Shown here: positions 1 through 12,140 of the stretch, piece after piece | How positions within the stretch are numbered: the stretch's first letter is position 1 | Layout: each line of letters starts with the position of its first letter | From: Cetorhinus maximus | Taxonomy: Eukaryota | Assembly: GCF_964194155.1 (NCBI RefSeq) | Contig: NC_135885.1 | Coordinates: forward strand, 21,514,001-21,578,000 | Direction: 5' to 3' | DNA: 64,000 nt | Notes under the pieces: generated by a model | What the model was told of the DNA's origin: nothing | The model's database searches: none | What the model saw: the letters and a program-made list of their open reading frames with translations, nothing else | Program-made: the position numbers and the translations under genes

Positions 1-390
1 TCTCTCCTGGAAAAGTATAGGAATGTCACTGTATTTGCATGACCAATTGTACTGTAAGCCAAGTCTTTCAGTATACAAACTGAAATGATTTTCTGATTGG
101 AAAGGTATTATGTTTATCACTTGTATATCATCAATCTAATGGCAACACTTGATATTGGTATTCACATTGACTAAACTAAGAAGGGTTCGGATAGCTAATA
201 GAAAGGGTCCAGCTTTGCTGCAATGCATGATTTCAGCTAAATTTCTTGACACTCAAGCCTATACTGCAATGAGCAATTAACTGCAGTCATAATTTCATGG
301 AGCTACATTTCCCATTGTAGAACAGATTTAGGCAATTAAATTTTTGATGCCTAGCATGTAGATTCAGACAAGATAATTTTTTTTTTAAAA

Positions 391-1120
391 ATTTGTTTGT
401 GGGATGTGGGCATTCCTGGCAAAGCCAGTATTTATTGCCTATCCCTAGTTGTCCTTGAGAAGATGGTGTAGGTACACCCGCTGTGCTGTTAGGATCGCAA
501 TTCCAGGATCTTGACCCAGCCGTCGTGAAGGAAAGGCTACGGTAGGCCCAAGTCAGGGTGGCGAGCGACTTGGAGGGGAGCTTGCAAGTAGTGGTGTCCC
601 CATGCACCTGCTGCCCATGTTCTTCCAGGTGCAGAGGTCATGAGTTTGGAAGGTTCTGTAGAAGGAGGCTTGGCGATTAGATGCAGTGCATCTGATAAAT
701 GGTACACAATGCTGCCATAGTGCACTATTTAAACTAGTCAATGGGGTACCAATGAAGCAGTTGTGTTGCCCTGGATGGTGGTGAGTTTCTTGAGTGTTGG
801 AGCTGGGCAGTATGCCATGACACTCCTGATTGGGATAGATTATTGACATGCTAGGCCATTTCACAGGGCAGTTAAGAGTCAACCACAATGCTGTGGGTCT
901 GGAGTCTCTGTAGGCCAGACCAGGTAAGGACAGCAGATTTTCTTCTTCTTTTATGACAATCTGAAATTTTTCACGGTCACCGTCACTGAGACAAACTTTT
1001 TATTTTATCCAGATTTATTTAAATAAATTGAATTTAAATTCCCCCTGTTGCCGTGGTGCGATTTGAGTTCGAGCCTCTGGATTAGTATTCCAGGAACGTT
1101 ACCGTTATGCTACAGAACCC
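391..1120 (-). mobile_element. Composite retroelement: tRNA-like SINE head and body fused to the 3' ~450 bp of a Crack/CR1-related LINE
   Basis: On the minus strand, 1120-848 matches the head and body at 16700-16990 and 1470-1740. The segment 840-391 matches the LINE 3' ends at 6067-6600 and 42180-42710. Confidence 0.75.
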
Positions 1121-1469
1121 ATTCGTGCCTATGCCAGTTTAGTGACAAGGCGGCGGATGAGAAACCCACAAGAACTGAGTCCGTATTGGGGGGAAAGGAG
1201 GGCTCAGAGTTTTGAAAAAAAATTGAGCCGTATATTTTAAAACCTCATGAATGCATTAAAAGATCCTTTATGGTTTGGATAAACTCTATGATCGTGTAGT
1301 TCATGGTATCTGGATTCAAAAGCCAGGGAAGATTTCTTCTGGCAAAATCATAAGTGCGTTCAGGAACTTGATCCTGATGTCTGGCAGTATCTTAAACGCA
1401 TTGCTTTAAACTGATGTTTATAACTAACAAAAAAGGGAGTAGAGGAAATTTTTCCTCCCAAAATAATGG

Positions 1470-2295
1470 GGGGGAGCTGGCGGTGGCAGCACATTGGCCA
1501 TGTCACTGGACTAGTAGTCCAGAGGCCCAGGTTCTGAGTATATGGGTTCAAATCCCTCCGCAGTAGCCGGTGGAATTTAAATTCAATTAATAAAAACTTG
1601 GAGTTAAAACTTAGTCTCAGTAATGGTGACTATGAAAACATTGCCGTTAAAAACCCATCTGGTTCACTGATGTCCTTACCCGGCCTGGCCTGCGTGTGAC
1701 TCCAGACCCACAGCAATTTGGTTGACTCATGATTGGCCTAGTTGTATGAAACTGCTGCGAAGTCTATAAGGAATGAAACCGGGTGGACCATTCAGCATCT
1801 ACTTAAGCACCAGAAGCTACAGTGGCAAGCCTAGCCCTGTCAACCCTGCAAAGTCTTCCTTAACTATGGAGGCTTGTGCCAAACTTGAGAGAGCTTTCCC
1901 ACAGAGTAGTGGCGACAGTCATATGCACCGAACCCTACCTTACAGATTATGTCCCAGACACTACCACCACCATCACTGGGTATGTCCTGTCCCCCTGGCA
2001 GGACGGACCCACGAGAGGGGGTGGCACAGCGGTATGGAGTCAGGAGGGAGTTGCTTCGAGTCCTCAACGTTGACTCCAGACCCAACGAAGTCTTATGGCA
2101 TCAGTTCAAACCTGGACAGGGAAACGTCCTACTGGTTAGCACCTACTGCCTCCCACCCGCATCCCCCTTCAGCTGATGAACACCATTTGGAAGGTGGCAA
2201 TGGAAAGACACAATGTCCTCTGGGTGGGGGCACTTCAACATCCATCACCCAGAGCGGCTCATAGCACCACTACTGACCAAACTGGCAGAGTCCAA
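1470..2295 (+). mobile_element. 5' part of a LINE: tRNA-like head followed by a decayed APE endonuclease N-terminus
   Basis: B-box GGTTCAAATCC at 1545-1555. ORF fragments include LRELSHR..TEPYLTDYVPDTTTTITGY....QD.PTRGGGTAVW and NVLLVSTY, which are APE motifs. Confidence 0.75.
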
Positions 2296-2499
2296 ATATG
2301 GCACCCGGGCATCCGACCCTGTAAGGTAACGGTGGAGCTGGCGAGTTCCTGCCTGTCCCCACCGCACGATTGTCCGGGGTTCTTGCCTCTGCACATTTAA
2401 CTAGCTGCCCGCTGCGTGATTGTGCATGGCCAGTCACTCAGTCTCCAAGCAGGAGCACTGCGGACTTCGCTTCTGCCATTGGGACCCTCGGCACGAGAA

Positions 2500-2920
2500 G
2501 AAGATTTCGTCCCAAGTTCCATTCACCCCTGTTCTTGCTGGCTTACATTAGCTCCTCTCCTGGCAATGCCTCAGTTTTTTTTGAAATCCTCTTCCTTGTT
2601 TTCAAATCTCCCCCATAACCTCGCTCCTCCCAGCTGAGTAACTTCCTTCAGCCCCGCAACCCTCTGGGGTATCGGCGCTGCTCTAATTCTGGCCTTTTGC
2701 GCATCCCCAGCTTCAATCACTGCCTCGTTGGCCTTCCGCTGCCAAAGCCCGAAAGCTCTGGGATTCTCCCCCTAAACACGTCGTCTTTGCCTCTCTACCT
2801 CAGGCACTCCATTAAAACCTACCTCTTTGACTAGGTTTCAGGTCACCTGTCCTTGTGCTGAATATTTGATAATGCTCCTGTGATGTGTTGAGGAAAGTTT
2901 TACTGCATTAAAGGCATCAT
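2500..2920 (+). mobile_element. L2-type LINE 3' end (degraded)
   Basis: cacccctgttcttgctggcttacatt...aaaacctacctctttgac...gctcctgtga is shared with copies at 14590, 57630 and 62590. Confidence 0.65.
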
Positions 2921-3205
2921 GAAAGTGTAAGGCACTCTTTGCCTTTTTATGGACCCTCTCCACCGTTCCTTAGCCAGAAATGTGTTTACAGTTAGGTCTT
3001 GAAAGTAGGTTCAAATGCATTCCTGTTAGTGAATTTTAAACTTTGTGCTTACGCAGTCATGCCGCATAAATGCTGTTAGTGCCCTTAGTGTAATGTAGCG
3101 GAAACCGATAAGAATTACCGGGCCACTTATATTTGTATTTAGTGGGACTGGAGGAGCTCGTGTGGGAGAAAAGCATTGGCTAATCGGAATTTTCTCTCGT
3201 TACAG

Positions 3206-3312
3206 AGTATACAAAAATGAAAAGAGAGCTGGACTTTCTAAAGACAACCTCTTACTTCGAGGCTGCACGATCAGAAATACAGAAGAAGTTGTGGGGATTG
3301 TCATCTATGCAG
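3206..3312 (+). CDS. ATP10A: P4-ATPase ATP10A-like internal exon (actuator domain, [36 protein letters not shown])
   Basis: tacAG acceptor at 3204-3205 and GTacgt donor at 3313. The LLLRGCTxRNT..G.VIYAG motif is typical of P4-ATPases. Length 107 bp, phase-compatible with the next exon. Confidence 0.93.
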
Positions 3313-5319
3313 GTACGTGGGTGCACGAGTGTGTATGTGTGTGTGTGTCTATGTGTGTTTGTGCAATATTCCTCTGAAGACCCAGGATGTTTCTCATTTC
3401 ATCCCCTACCCTAATTCAAGCACATCATTTGCTGTTAATGTACTTGTAGCCACCCAGAGCCTGCGAGACTGTATATCCATTTATTTTTTTTTAAAAAGCA
3501 TTAGTCAACAGAATATCTTCTGGTTTCCTGGTTCGTGTAACACAACCAGGGTTTCATTTCTGCCGCTCATAGTGGCAGAGTAGAATGGGGGAGGGGGTTA
3601 GCCGGGTTGTGGGGAGAGTTTGGGGAATGATAGCTGGGTTGGGGGGCTTTTGGTGGGTGGTTAGTCAGGTCAGGTGGGATGGGTAGTCTGATTGGGGCTT
3701 GCGATTGGGGCTATGGGTTGGCTTGACCTGTTAATCACTGAGTTACACCACAGATTAAACAGTGTAACAATTCTAGGGCATGCCTGGGTAAGTAGCCCAT
3801 ATCTAGCTCAAGCCTCTGACACTGAGATCAGTGTATAGACATTAGGAGAGGGTCCAGGGCAGCACAGGAAGTTTAAACTTCCCGGGCATTTAGCGTATGT
3901 GCGTGCATCAGGACTTCCTCAGGGCCCTGACCCACACCAGCAACACAAATTCAGCCCATTGCTGCTCCTGATACCAGAAGATCAGGCCCATTATCTTTTT
4001 TTTCTTTTGTTTTCCTTTATTTCTTTTTCTTCATTCCTTCTCTCACTCTTTTTAACCCCCTCTCCCTTTCTCTCTCTCATCCCCCTCTTCCCCCAGTTTC
4101 TTCACGCAGGTTACGCTTTTGAACGGTTGCTGTAATCTGCTGGCATTAATCAGCCTCTCGCTATTCCCAAACGTAGTTGTATTTTTTTACCGTGTATTTT
4201 CTATTTTCAGAGATCTCTGTGTTTTAAACTTATTGCTGCATCTCACCCCATAATCACGGTTTTGATAAGTCACAGGGCTTGTTGCTTCTAAGCTTACGTT
4301 TGATTGTCTTTAAATTTGTATTTATTCTAAAGTCAGACTTTGAAAAGCAAAGGACCATCATGTTTTGGCATTACTCTCTGAGTAAACCCATAACGTGCAG
4401 TCTGGTCCTGTTTTTCTTCCCTGTGTGAAGTCATAGTTCAGATCTCTAGGCTCAAGGATAAGGCTAGTGATGTAACGTCAACCAATGGAAATAAAAACCA
4501 CCAAGCATTGGACCGAATCAGCACATCATCAAAAGCATTGTGATTGTGATGCCTGAGCCCATTAAACCTGATTTAACGTGTTAATGTGCGTCAGGCATCA
4601 CTAAAACTGAAGGAGGGCAAAGCTGACTTGAAGATTTGCTTTGTTCAATCAAGCTATAACTCTTGGAAATAAGACGAGCTCCAAATTTGGAATGAAAAAT
4701 CCACGTGAGTTTGAAATAAAAACCTGAAATGCTTGACATTCAGATTGACGGCATCTAAAAGAGATTAAGTTTGAATGTGTGAATTCATAAGACTGGCCTG
4801 CCGTACATTTCCAGTCACTTCTGTTTCTGCTTATGGCTGACTTACGCACCTTTGGTACGAAACCAAGTGGTGTGCCAGTGGGGTGTATTTTAACGGGCAG
4901 GTAAGGGGGAGAACCACATTCTTTGCCATCCTGCCTGTACCAGCTCCATTCGGCTCAGAGTGCTTGCTGCTCACTGCCTTCAACACGCGAAAGATTCGTC
5001 TCTGATGAGCAGAAGGAGCTGACTGATCGATAAGCACCGTCCACTCATTAAAATGTGAATGGGAACACGTTGGGTCACCAGGGGGATTTTTCCATTTGCA
5101 GCTCTTGCTCTTCCAGCAGGTTTTGCACCAGCTGCCGCTAAGCTGCTGATGGTGCGCATTACTGCCTGTGCCTGGTATGGGCAATCCGGCAGAATTCAAG
5201 CACTAGAAATATACTTTCCCTTGTGCATTTGCGTCAACGCTCAAATGCACGAGACTTTGGCAGAACGGTGGTATGAAATCAACTTAATTTAAATACTTGA
5301 GATCATTAGCATGGTTGCC

Positions 5320-7235
5320 AGACGAGTCTCTTTGGATAAAGACATTTGCTCAGGCTCTCCACAAGAGATCATTAGCCAAAATGAAAGCACATATTATCGG
5401 AGGGAACTCTGGCATAGGTTGGTAATTGTTTCTGAGGTAGGGGGACTGAGAATAGTGATAAAGGGTCCATTATCTCGCTGGGATGCGATAAGTGGTATTC
5501 CCCGGGAACCCGTATTTGTGCCTCACCTTTTTTTCATATGCTAGCAGGGACCCACAAAACATTTTATGGTGAAATTGACATCATTATCGCAACAGTACTT
5601 TAAATCCTTGCCCTATGTCAACCCTGTCATGCCAGACCCATCCCATTCCTCTCATCCCTCTCACACCCCCATTCTGTCCCCCAACACACCACTTTTTTCA
5701 CATGCCATCAACATCCCTCCCATGCCACTCCCTCACCTTCCCATGCTGTGCACCCCTACCCCCTTTTAACCTTCAGGGAGTGCTTTATGTTCGGTGATGT
5801 TCCTCTGTACCTGTAAGATTATGATTGGTGGATTAGATATTTTTAAATTTTACTGTAACATTTTTGTATCCGGGCACCACCCACCAATAGATGCACCCCT
5901 TAAATTGACCAATTCAAACATTACAAATGGACAAAAATTGCATAGTATTATTATAATAGATTAACAACTTGGGTGAAGAAAGAGGGAGTTGCATATCCAA
6001 GTTTGCAGATAGCATTGTTAGGAGGTACAGTAATTTGTGGAGATGGGAACAGCAACTTTTAAAAAATCATTTACAGGATGTGGGTGTTGCTGGCTGGGCC
6101 AGCATTTATTGCCCATCCCTAATTGCCCTTGAGAAGGTGGTGGTGAGCTGCCTTCTTGAACTGCTGCAGTCCATGTGGGGTGTAGGTTCACCTACAGTGC
6201 TGTTAGGAAGGGAGTTCCAGGATTTTGATCCAGTGACAGTGAAGTAATGGCAATATATTTCCAAGTCAAGGTAGTGAGTGGCTTGGAGGGGAACTTCCAG
6301 GTGGTGGCGTTCCATGTATCTGTTGCACTTGTCTTTCTGGATGGTAGTGGTCGTGGGTTTGGAAGGTGCTGTCTGAGGAGCCTTGGTGAGTTCCTGCAGT
6401 ACATCTTGTAGATGGTACACACTGCTGCTACTGTGTGTCAGTGGTGGAGGGAGTGAGTATTTGTGGACGTGGTGCCAATCAAGTGGGCTGTTTTGCCCTG
6501 GATGGTGTCAAGATTCTTGAGTGTTATGGGAGCTGCACTCATCCAGGCAAGTAGGGAGTATTCCATCGCACTCCTGACTTGTGCCTTGTAGATGGTGGAC
6601 AGGCTTTGGGAAGTCAGGAGGTGAACTACTCGCTGCAGGATTCCTAGCCTCTGACCTGCTCTTATAGCCACAGTATTTATATAGCTAGTCCAGTTCAGTT
6701 TCTGGTCAATGAATACCCTCAGGATGTTGATAGGGGATTCAGCGATGGCAATGCCATTGAATGTCACGGGGTGATGGCTAGATTCTCTTTTGTTGGAGAT
6801 GGTCGTTGCCTGGCACTTGTGTGGCGCGGATGTTAATTGCCACTTGTCAGCCCAAGCTGACAACATGTATAGGGACAGGGACAGACAAACTGAGTGGGCG
6901 CATTTAGGACAGGTGGAGTTCAATGTGGCCATCCACTTTGGATCTGAGAGTTGAATCAGAATTTTTTCAAAGTGTCAAGAGTCATGGGGTTGTGGAGGAT
7001 CAAAAGGATTTAGATGCCTATGTGCACAAATTTGGAGGCGAAATGGTTCATGGATTGTTAGCCTTTATCTCAAGAGAGCAGGAATTTGGAACTGTACAAA
7101 ATCTTGGTCAAACCCACGTCTGAAGTACTGGCTTGGTCATTGTATGTTGGGGAAAAGTGCTTTGGATTTGGAAGAGCACCGTATAGATTCACCAGAAAGA
7201 TTCTGGGGCTTAAAGGGTTAAATTATGAAGACAGG
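5320..7235 (+). mobile_element. Old fragmented CR1 RT remnants (5320-5535, 5965-6020, 6865-7235) interrupted by younger insertions
   Basis: Degenerate CR1 ORF2 peptides such as ISKFADS and RFTRKILGLKGLNYEDR. Confidence 0.5.
6067..6860 (-). mobile_element. Crack/CR1-related LINE, 5'-truncated 3' end
   Basis: Encodes WADKWQ...IDQKLNWTSYIN...STIYKAQVRSAMEY...SLHH. The 3' tail is gggcaattagggatgggcaataaatgctgg. Confidence 0.85.
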
Positions 7236-7375
7236 TCACAATTCAACAGAAACTTAACTGGATCAACCCCATAAATGCTATGGCTACAAGAGCAGGTCAG
7301 AGGCTGGGTAACCTGTGACCAATATCTGACATCCTGACTTGCCTCAAACAGACTTGTTCGTAATATATATATATA

Positions 7376-8008
7376 GGCCAGGATTTTGCCCTCGTCGGGC
7401 GGACTTGGTGGGGGCGGTCGGGAAGCCGACGGCTGCCGTGATCGGGGCCTGACTGCAATTTCATGTTGGCGGGCCAATTAAGGCCCGCCCAGTGTGAAAT
7501 GTGCATGGCCGCGCTCGGCGCTGCCTGTGTGTGGTGGGAGGGGAGGGCGAGCAGTGAACTTCGTGAGTGTCCGCAGGAATAGCTCCGAGGCACAGAGCTG
7601 CCTCAGGGAGATGAAGATATAAAAAAATAAAAATAAAGGATTTTCAGATGTTTAAAAAAAACATGTCCCCTCTGTCACACGTTAGAAGTTAGTATGAAAA
7701 TTTTACATTTTTAACGAGGGATCAAAACCTCATCACTCCTGTGGATGAGGTTTCGCAAAGAATGCAAAGGCCGCTTGGCCTTTTCACCTGCCCGCCAACC
7801 GTAAGGTTGGATGGGCAGCGAAAAATTTAATTAAATTAGATTGTTAATGGCCTTAATAGTCCTGTTAATTGTTGGCGGGCGTGCCTGCCAACCGAAATAT
7901 CGCGCGAGTGCTTGATGACCTCGGGACGCTCGGCCGTCGTCATTGCGTGTCATTTTACGCTCTTTTGGGTTGGGCGCGTGCCCGCCCGACGAGATAAAAA
8001 TTCTGGTC
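7376..8008. mobile_element. PIF/Harbinger-type MITE
   Basis: TIRs GGCCAGGATTTT and AAAATTCTGGTC with a 3-bp ATA TSD. Internal motifs are shared with four other copies. Confidence 0.8.
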
Positions 8009-8074
8009 ATAGAGAAATGTCAGAAGGACTTGGACAAGCTTCAAGCATAATAGTATTTGAATATTGGAGACTAA

Positions 8075-8345
8075 GAACACAAGAAGTAGGAGTAGGCCAT
8101 TCAACCCTTGAACCTGCTCCACCAGTTAATATGATCATGACTGATCTGACTCTGGCCTCAGTTCCACATTTCCTCCCCATAACCCTTGACTCCCTTGTCA
8201 ACCAAAAATCTGTCTAACTCAGGCTTGAGTATATCCAATAACCCAGCCTCCACTGCTTGCTCATAAGACAACCCCTTCGATCCAGGAATCAGCCTAGTGT
8301 ATCTTCTCTGAACTGTTTCCAATATAAATATATCTCTCCTTAAGG
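8075..8345 (-). mobile_element. CR1 3' end
   Basis: Encodes LETVQRRYTRLIPG and ELDRFL, followed by a typical CR1 3' UTR. Confidence 0.75.
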
Positions 8346-8411
8346 TGGAAAGAAACATACGAATTAGGAGCGAGCGTAGGCTATTTGGCCCCTCAAGCCT
8401 GCTCTGCCATA

Positions 8412-11141
8412 GAACCATAGAAAAGTTGCAGCACAGAAGGATGCCATTCAGCCCATCTTGTCCATGCCAGCCTGAGGACACCCAGGTGCCCTTTCTAATC
8501 CCACCTTCCTGCACCCAGCTCATAGCCCTGCAGCTTACAGCACTTAAGGTGCAGATCCAGGTCCTTTTTAAAAGAGTTTAGAGTTTCTGCCTCTACCACC
8601 AACTTGGGCAGCAAATTCCGGGCACCCACTACCCTCTGCATAAAAAAGGTTCTTCCTCATGTCCCCGCTACACCTTCTGCCACTTATCTTGAATCTATGT
8701 CCCCTGGTTCTAGAATTCTCCACCAAGGGAAACAATTTTATCCTATCCACTCTATCCATTCCCCCCCCATAATTTTGTACACCTCAATCAAGTCACCTCT
8801 CAGCCTTCTTTGTTCTAAGGAAAATAACCCCAGCCTATCCAATCTCTCCTCGTAGCTACACTTTTTTAACCCTGGCAACATTCTTGTAAACCTCCTCTGC
8901 ACTCTCTCCAGAGCTATTATGTCCTTCCTGTAATGTGGTGACCAGAACTGCACACAATACTCCAGTTGTGGCCTCACAAGTGTTTTATACAATTTCAACA
9001 TTATATCCTTACTTTTATATTCTATACCTCTGCCAATGAAGGAGAGCATTCCATATGTCTTCTTTACAAAACAAAAACAGAATTACCTGGAAAAACTCAG
9101 CAGGTCTGGCAGCATCGACGGAGAAGAAAAGAGTTGATGTTTCGAGACCTCATGACCCTTCAGCAGAACTGAGTGAAGTTAGGAGAGGGGTGAAATATAA
9201 GCTGGTTTAAGGTTGGGGGTGGGGGGTGGGGATGGGGGGGAGAGAAGTTGTGGGTGGGGTGGGGTGGGGGGTTGTAGGGACAAGCAAGCAGTGATAGGAA
9301 CAGGGCAGAAGAGACAGGCGGAAATCCTGTCGGAGAGCAGAGCAATACTTCTTCAAGGTAGGCATTTCTTGAAGAGGAGTGGCAGTCAATTAAACACAGA
9401 GATAAAAACAAAAAACTACTGCGGATGCTGGAAATCCAAAACAAAAACAGAATTACCTGGAAAAACTCAACAGGTCTTCTTTATCTTTTGTCGTCTTTAC
9501 AACCTTGTCTACTTGAGCTGCTGCCTTCAGGGACCTGTGTACTTGTACGCCAAGATCTCTCACTTCATCTACCCCTCTTAGTATATTCCCATTTATTGTG
9601 TAATCCCTGTAACTGTTTGACCTCCCTAAATGTATGACCTCACACTTCTTTATGTTAAAATCCATCTGCCACTTTACTGCCCACTCCACCAACCCATCTA
9701 TATTGTTTTGGAGATTATGGCTATCCTCTATACTATCCACTGCTCGGCCAATCTTTGTGTCATCTGCAGATTTCCCAATTGTGCCCCCCACGTTCATGTC
9801 CAACTCGTTAATATATAACACAAACAGCAAGGGCCCCAAAACCGAGCCCTGTGGAGACAGCTTTCCATTCGCAAGGGCATCCATCAACCATTACCCTTTG
9901 TTTCCTGTTACAACGCCAACCTTTTATCCAGTTCGCCACATTACCCTGAATCCCATGGGCTTTTATTTTCCTGACCAATCTGCCATGTGGGACCTTGTCA
10001 AATGCCTTGTTAAAATCCATGTACACAACATCCACTGCACTACCTTCATCAACCCTTCTTGTCACTTCCTCAAAGAATTCAATCAAATTTGTGAGGCAAG
10101 ACCTTCCTTTAACAAATCCATGCTGACCATCCCTGACTAGTCCATGCCTTTCCACATGACAGTTAATCCTATCTCTCAGGATTGATTCTACTAATTTGTT
10201 CACCACCGATGTAAGACTAACTGGCCTATAATTGTTTGACATTTCCTTTGATCCCTTTTTAAACAATGGAACTACGTTTGCATTTCTCCAGTCCTCCGGT
10301 ACCTCCCCTGTATCTAGTGAAGATTGGAAAATCATCCTCAGAGCATCTGCTATCTCCTCCCTTACTTCCTTCAGCAGCCTCAGAAACAATCTATCTGGCC
10401 CTGGTGACTTATCAACTTTCAAGGATTTCAACCCTTCAAGTATTTCCTCTCTCTTTATGACTATCCCGTCCAATATCTCACAGTGTTCCTCCTGGACTAC
10501 TATATCTACATCCTCCCTTTCCTTTGTAAACAAGGAGACAAAATATTCATTCAAAACCCTTCCCACAGCCTCTGCATCTACACACAAGTTTCCATCTTAT
10601 CTCTGATAGGTCCCAATTTTTCCTTAACCAGCCTTTTAGCATTAATGTATTGGTAAAACATCTTTGGGTTATCTTTAACTTTACTTGCTAATCTTTTTTC
10701 ATGCCCTCCCTTTGATTTCCTCATTTCCTTTTTTACTTCGTCCCTGCACTTCCTATATCTGTCTAGGCTATCTGCATTGCTTAGTTCTTTGTGCCTATCG
10801 TATGCTTTCTTTTTCTGTTTGATCTTCCCCTGTATTCCTCTAGACAACCAGGGAGGTCTAGATTTGGCAGTACCACTCCTATTTTTGTAGGGGACATGTC
10901 TACTCTGTACAATTAGGATCTCGCTTTTTAGTGTTTCCCACTGGTTTTCCACTGTTTTATCCTCCAGCAGTGCTGTCCAGTCCACCAAAGCCAAGTCCCT
11001 TCTCATTTCAGCAAAATTTGCCTTCCCCAGTTCAAGACTTTTACTCCTGCGTTATCTCTGCCCTTTTCCTTGGTAATGCTAAATCTAACTGAATTGTGAT
11101 CACTGTCCCTAAGATGGTCACCAACTGTCACTTCACCCACT
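8412..11141 (-). mobile_element. 5'-truncated CR1 LINE (~2.7 kb, RT domain), nested in an older CR1 3' UTR (8352-8411 and 11142-11300)
   Basis: Consecutive ORF2 fragments: KSPGPD, NYRPVSLTS, YMDFNKAFDKVPH, QGSVLGPLLF, ADDTK. Flanked by a TGCCATA duplication at 8405-8411 and 11142-11148. Confidence 0.92.
9067..9477 (-). mobile_element. Penelope-derived non-autonomous element with 41-bp direct terminal repeats and a degenerate hammerhead
   Basis: caaaacaaaaacagaattacctggaaaaactca(g/a)caggtct occurs at 9067-9107 and 9437-9477. It interrupts the CR1. The segment resembles the Penelope pLTR pieces at 13140, 33850 and 38773. Confidence 0.75.
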
Positions 11142-12008
11142 TGCCATATGATAAGATCATGGCTTATCTGATTGTGGCCTGAACTTCCCTATCTACCCTT
11201 TACCCTTTGACTCCCAGGAGTGATCAGAACTGCACATAGTACTCCAGGTATAGTCTCACCAATGCCTTGTAGAGTTGTAGCAAGACCTCTGTACTTTTAT
11301 AATTCCCTTCTTTTATGCTTCATGTGCCACAGCAGAACCAAAAAATGTTGTTTTGAAGTTGACAAACCTACGTGTAAAGACAAGCTCCTAGCACAAAAGA
11401 CCGCTGATATTAGATTGGTTGAGAAGATGAGGTAAATTAAGAAATGGTCAGCAGCCAATGGGAAGCTCTTGTTGTACAATGACTGGAAATGCTGACTAAG
11501 GGAAGTGAGGTGTGCCCCCTCTTGAACCCCCAGGAGTTTCACTAAGCAATGAATTCAATATAATAAGGGTGCAAGGAGAACAAATACAGAATGGCATAGA
11601 AGGCTGTGAAGTCATTGCGCTAAATAAAATTGGCGCAGGCTAGGTAGTTTTCCATGCAATCAATGTGTAAATATATATTTTGTAACCAAACCCTGTAAGC
11701 ATTCACTTCTCCTACGAGTGATTGAGAAGGATAACTACAATGACATTTTTGGATGGAATTCGAATTCTGAGATCCCAGATCTGGATGGAAGGAACCAAAC
11801 TCCAGTTGGAAGGCTTCTGTTCCCATCTTGATAAATGTTTGAACAATTTTAGTTGCATGCTATTAATATAGTGACAACATTTGTACTAGTCTAGAACAGG
11901 CTTGCCAGTGTATGCCAGGAGTCTATGCTTCCATTCTACAGGGCTCCCAAGGGTCTAATGCTAGTCCAGTATTCTTGGTTCTCATCCATCTTTCTCCAAT
12001 CTTTTTAG

Positions 12009-12140
12009 GTCATGAGACTAAAGCTATGTTAAATAACAATGGACCACGCTACAAACGCAGCAAGCTGGAGAGACAAATGAATGTAGATGTCTTCTGGTGT
12101 GTGATCATACTTTTTGTGATGTGCCTTTTTTCAGCCATTG
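12009..12140 (+). CDS. ATP10A: ATP10A-like exon ([44 protein letters not shown]; TM3)
   Basis: tttttAG acceptor and GTaagt donor. Length 132 bp. [19 protein letters not shown] is characteristic of the ATP10 class. Confidence 0.95.

Noticed and set aside
4995-5030. CTGATGA as another hammerhead or snoRNA box
   Set aside because: No properly placed stem II/GAAA core or stem I pairing, and no terminal C/D stem.
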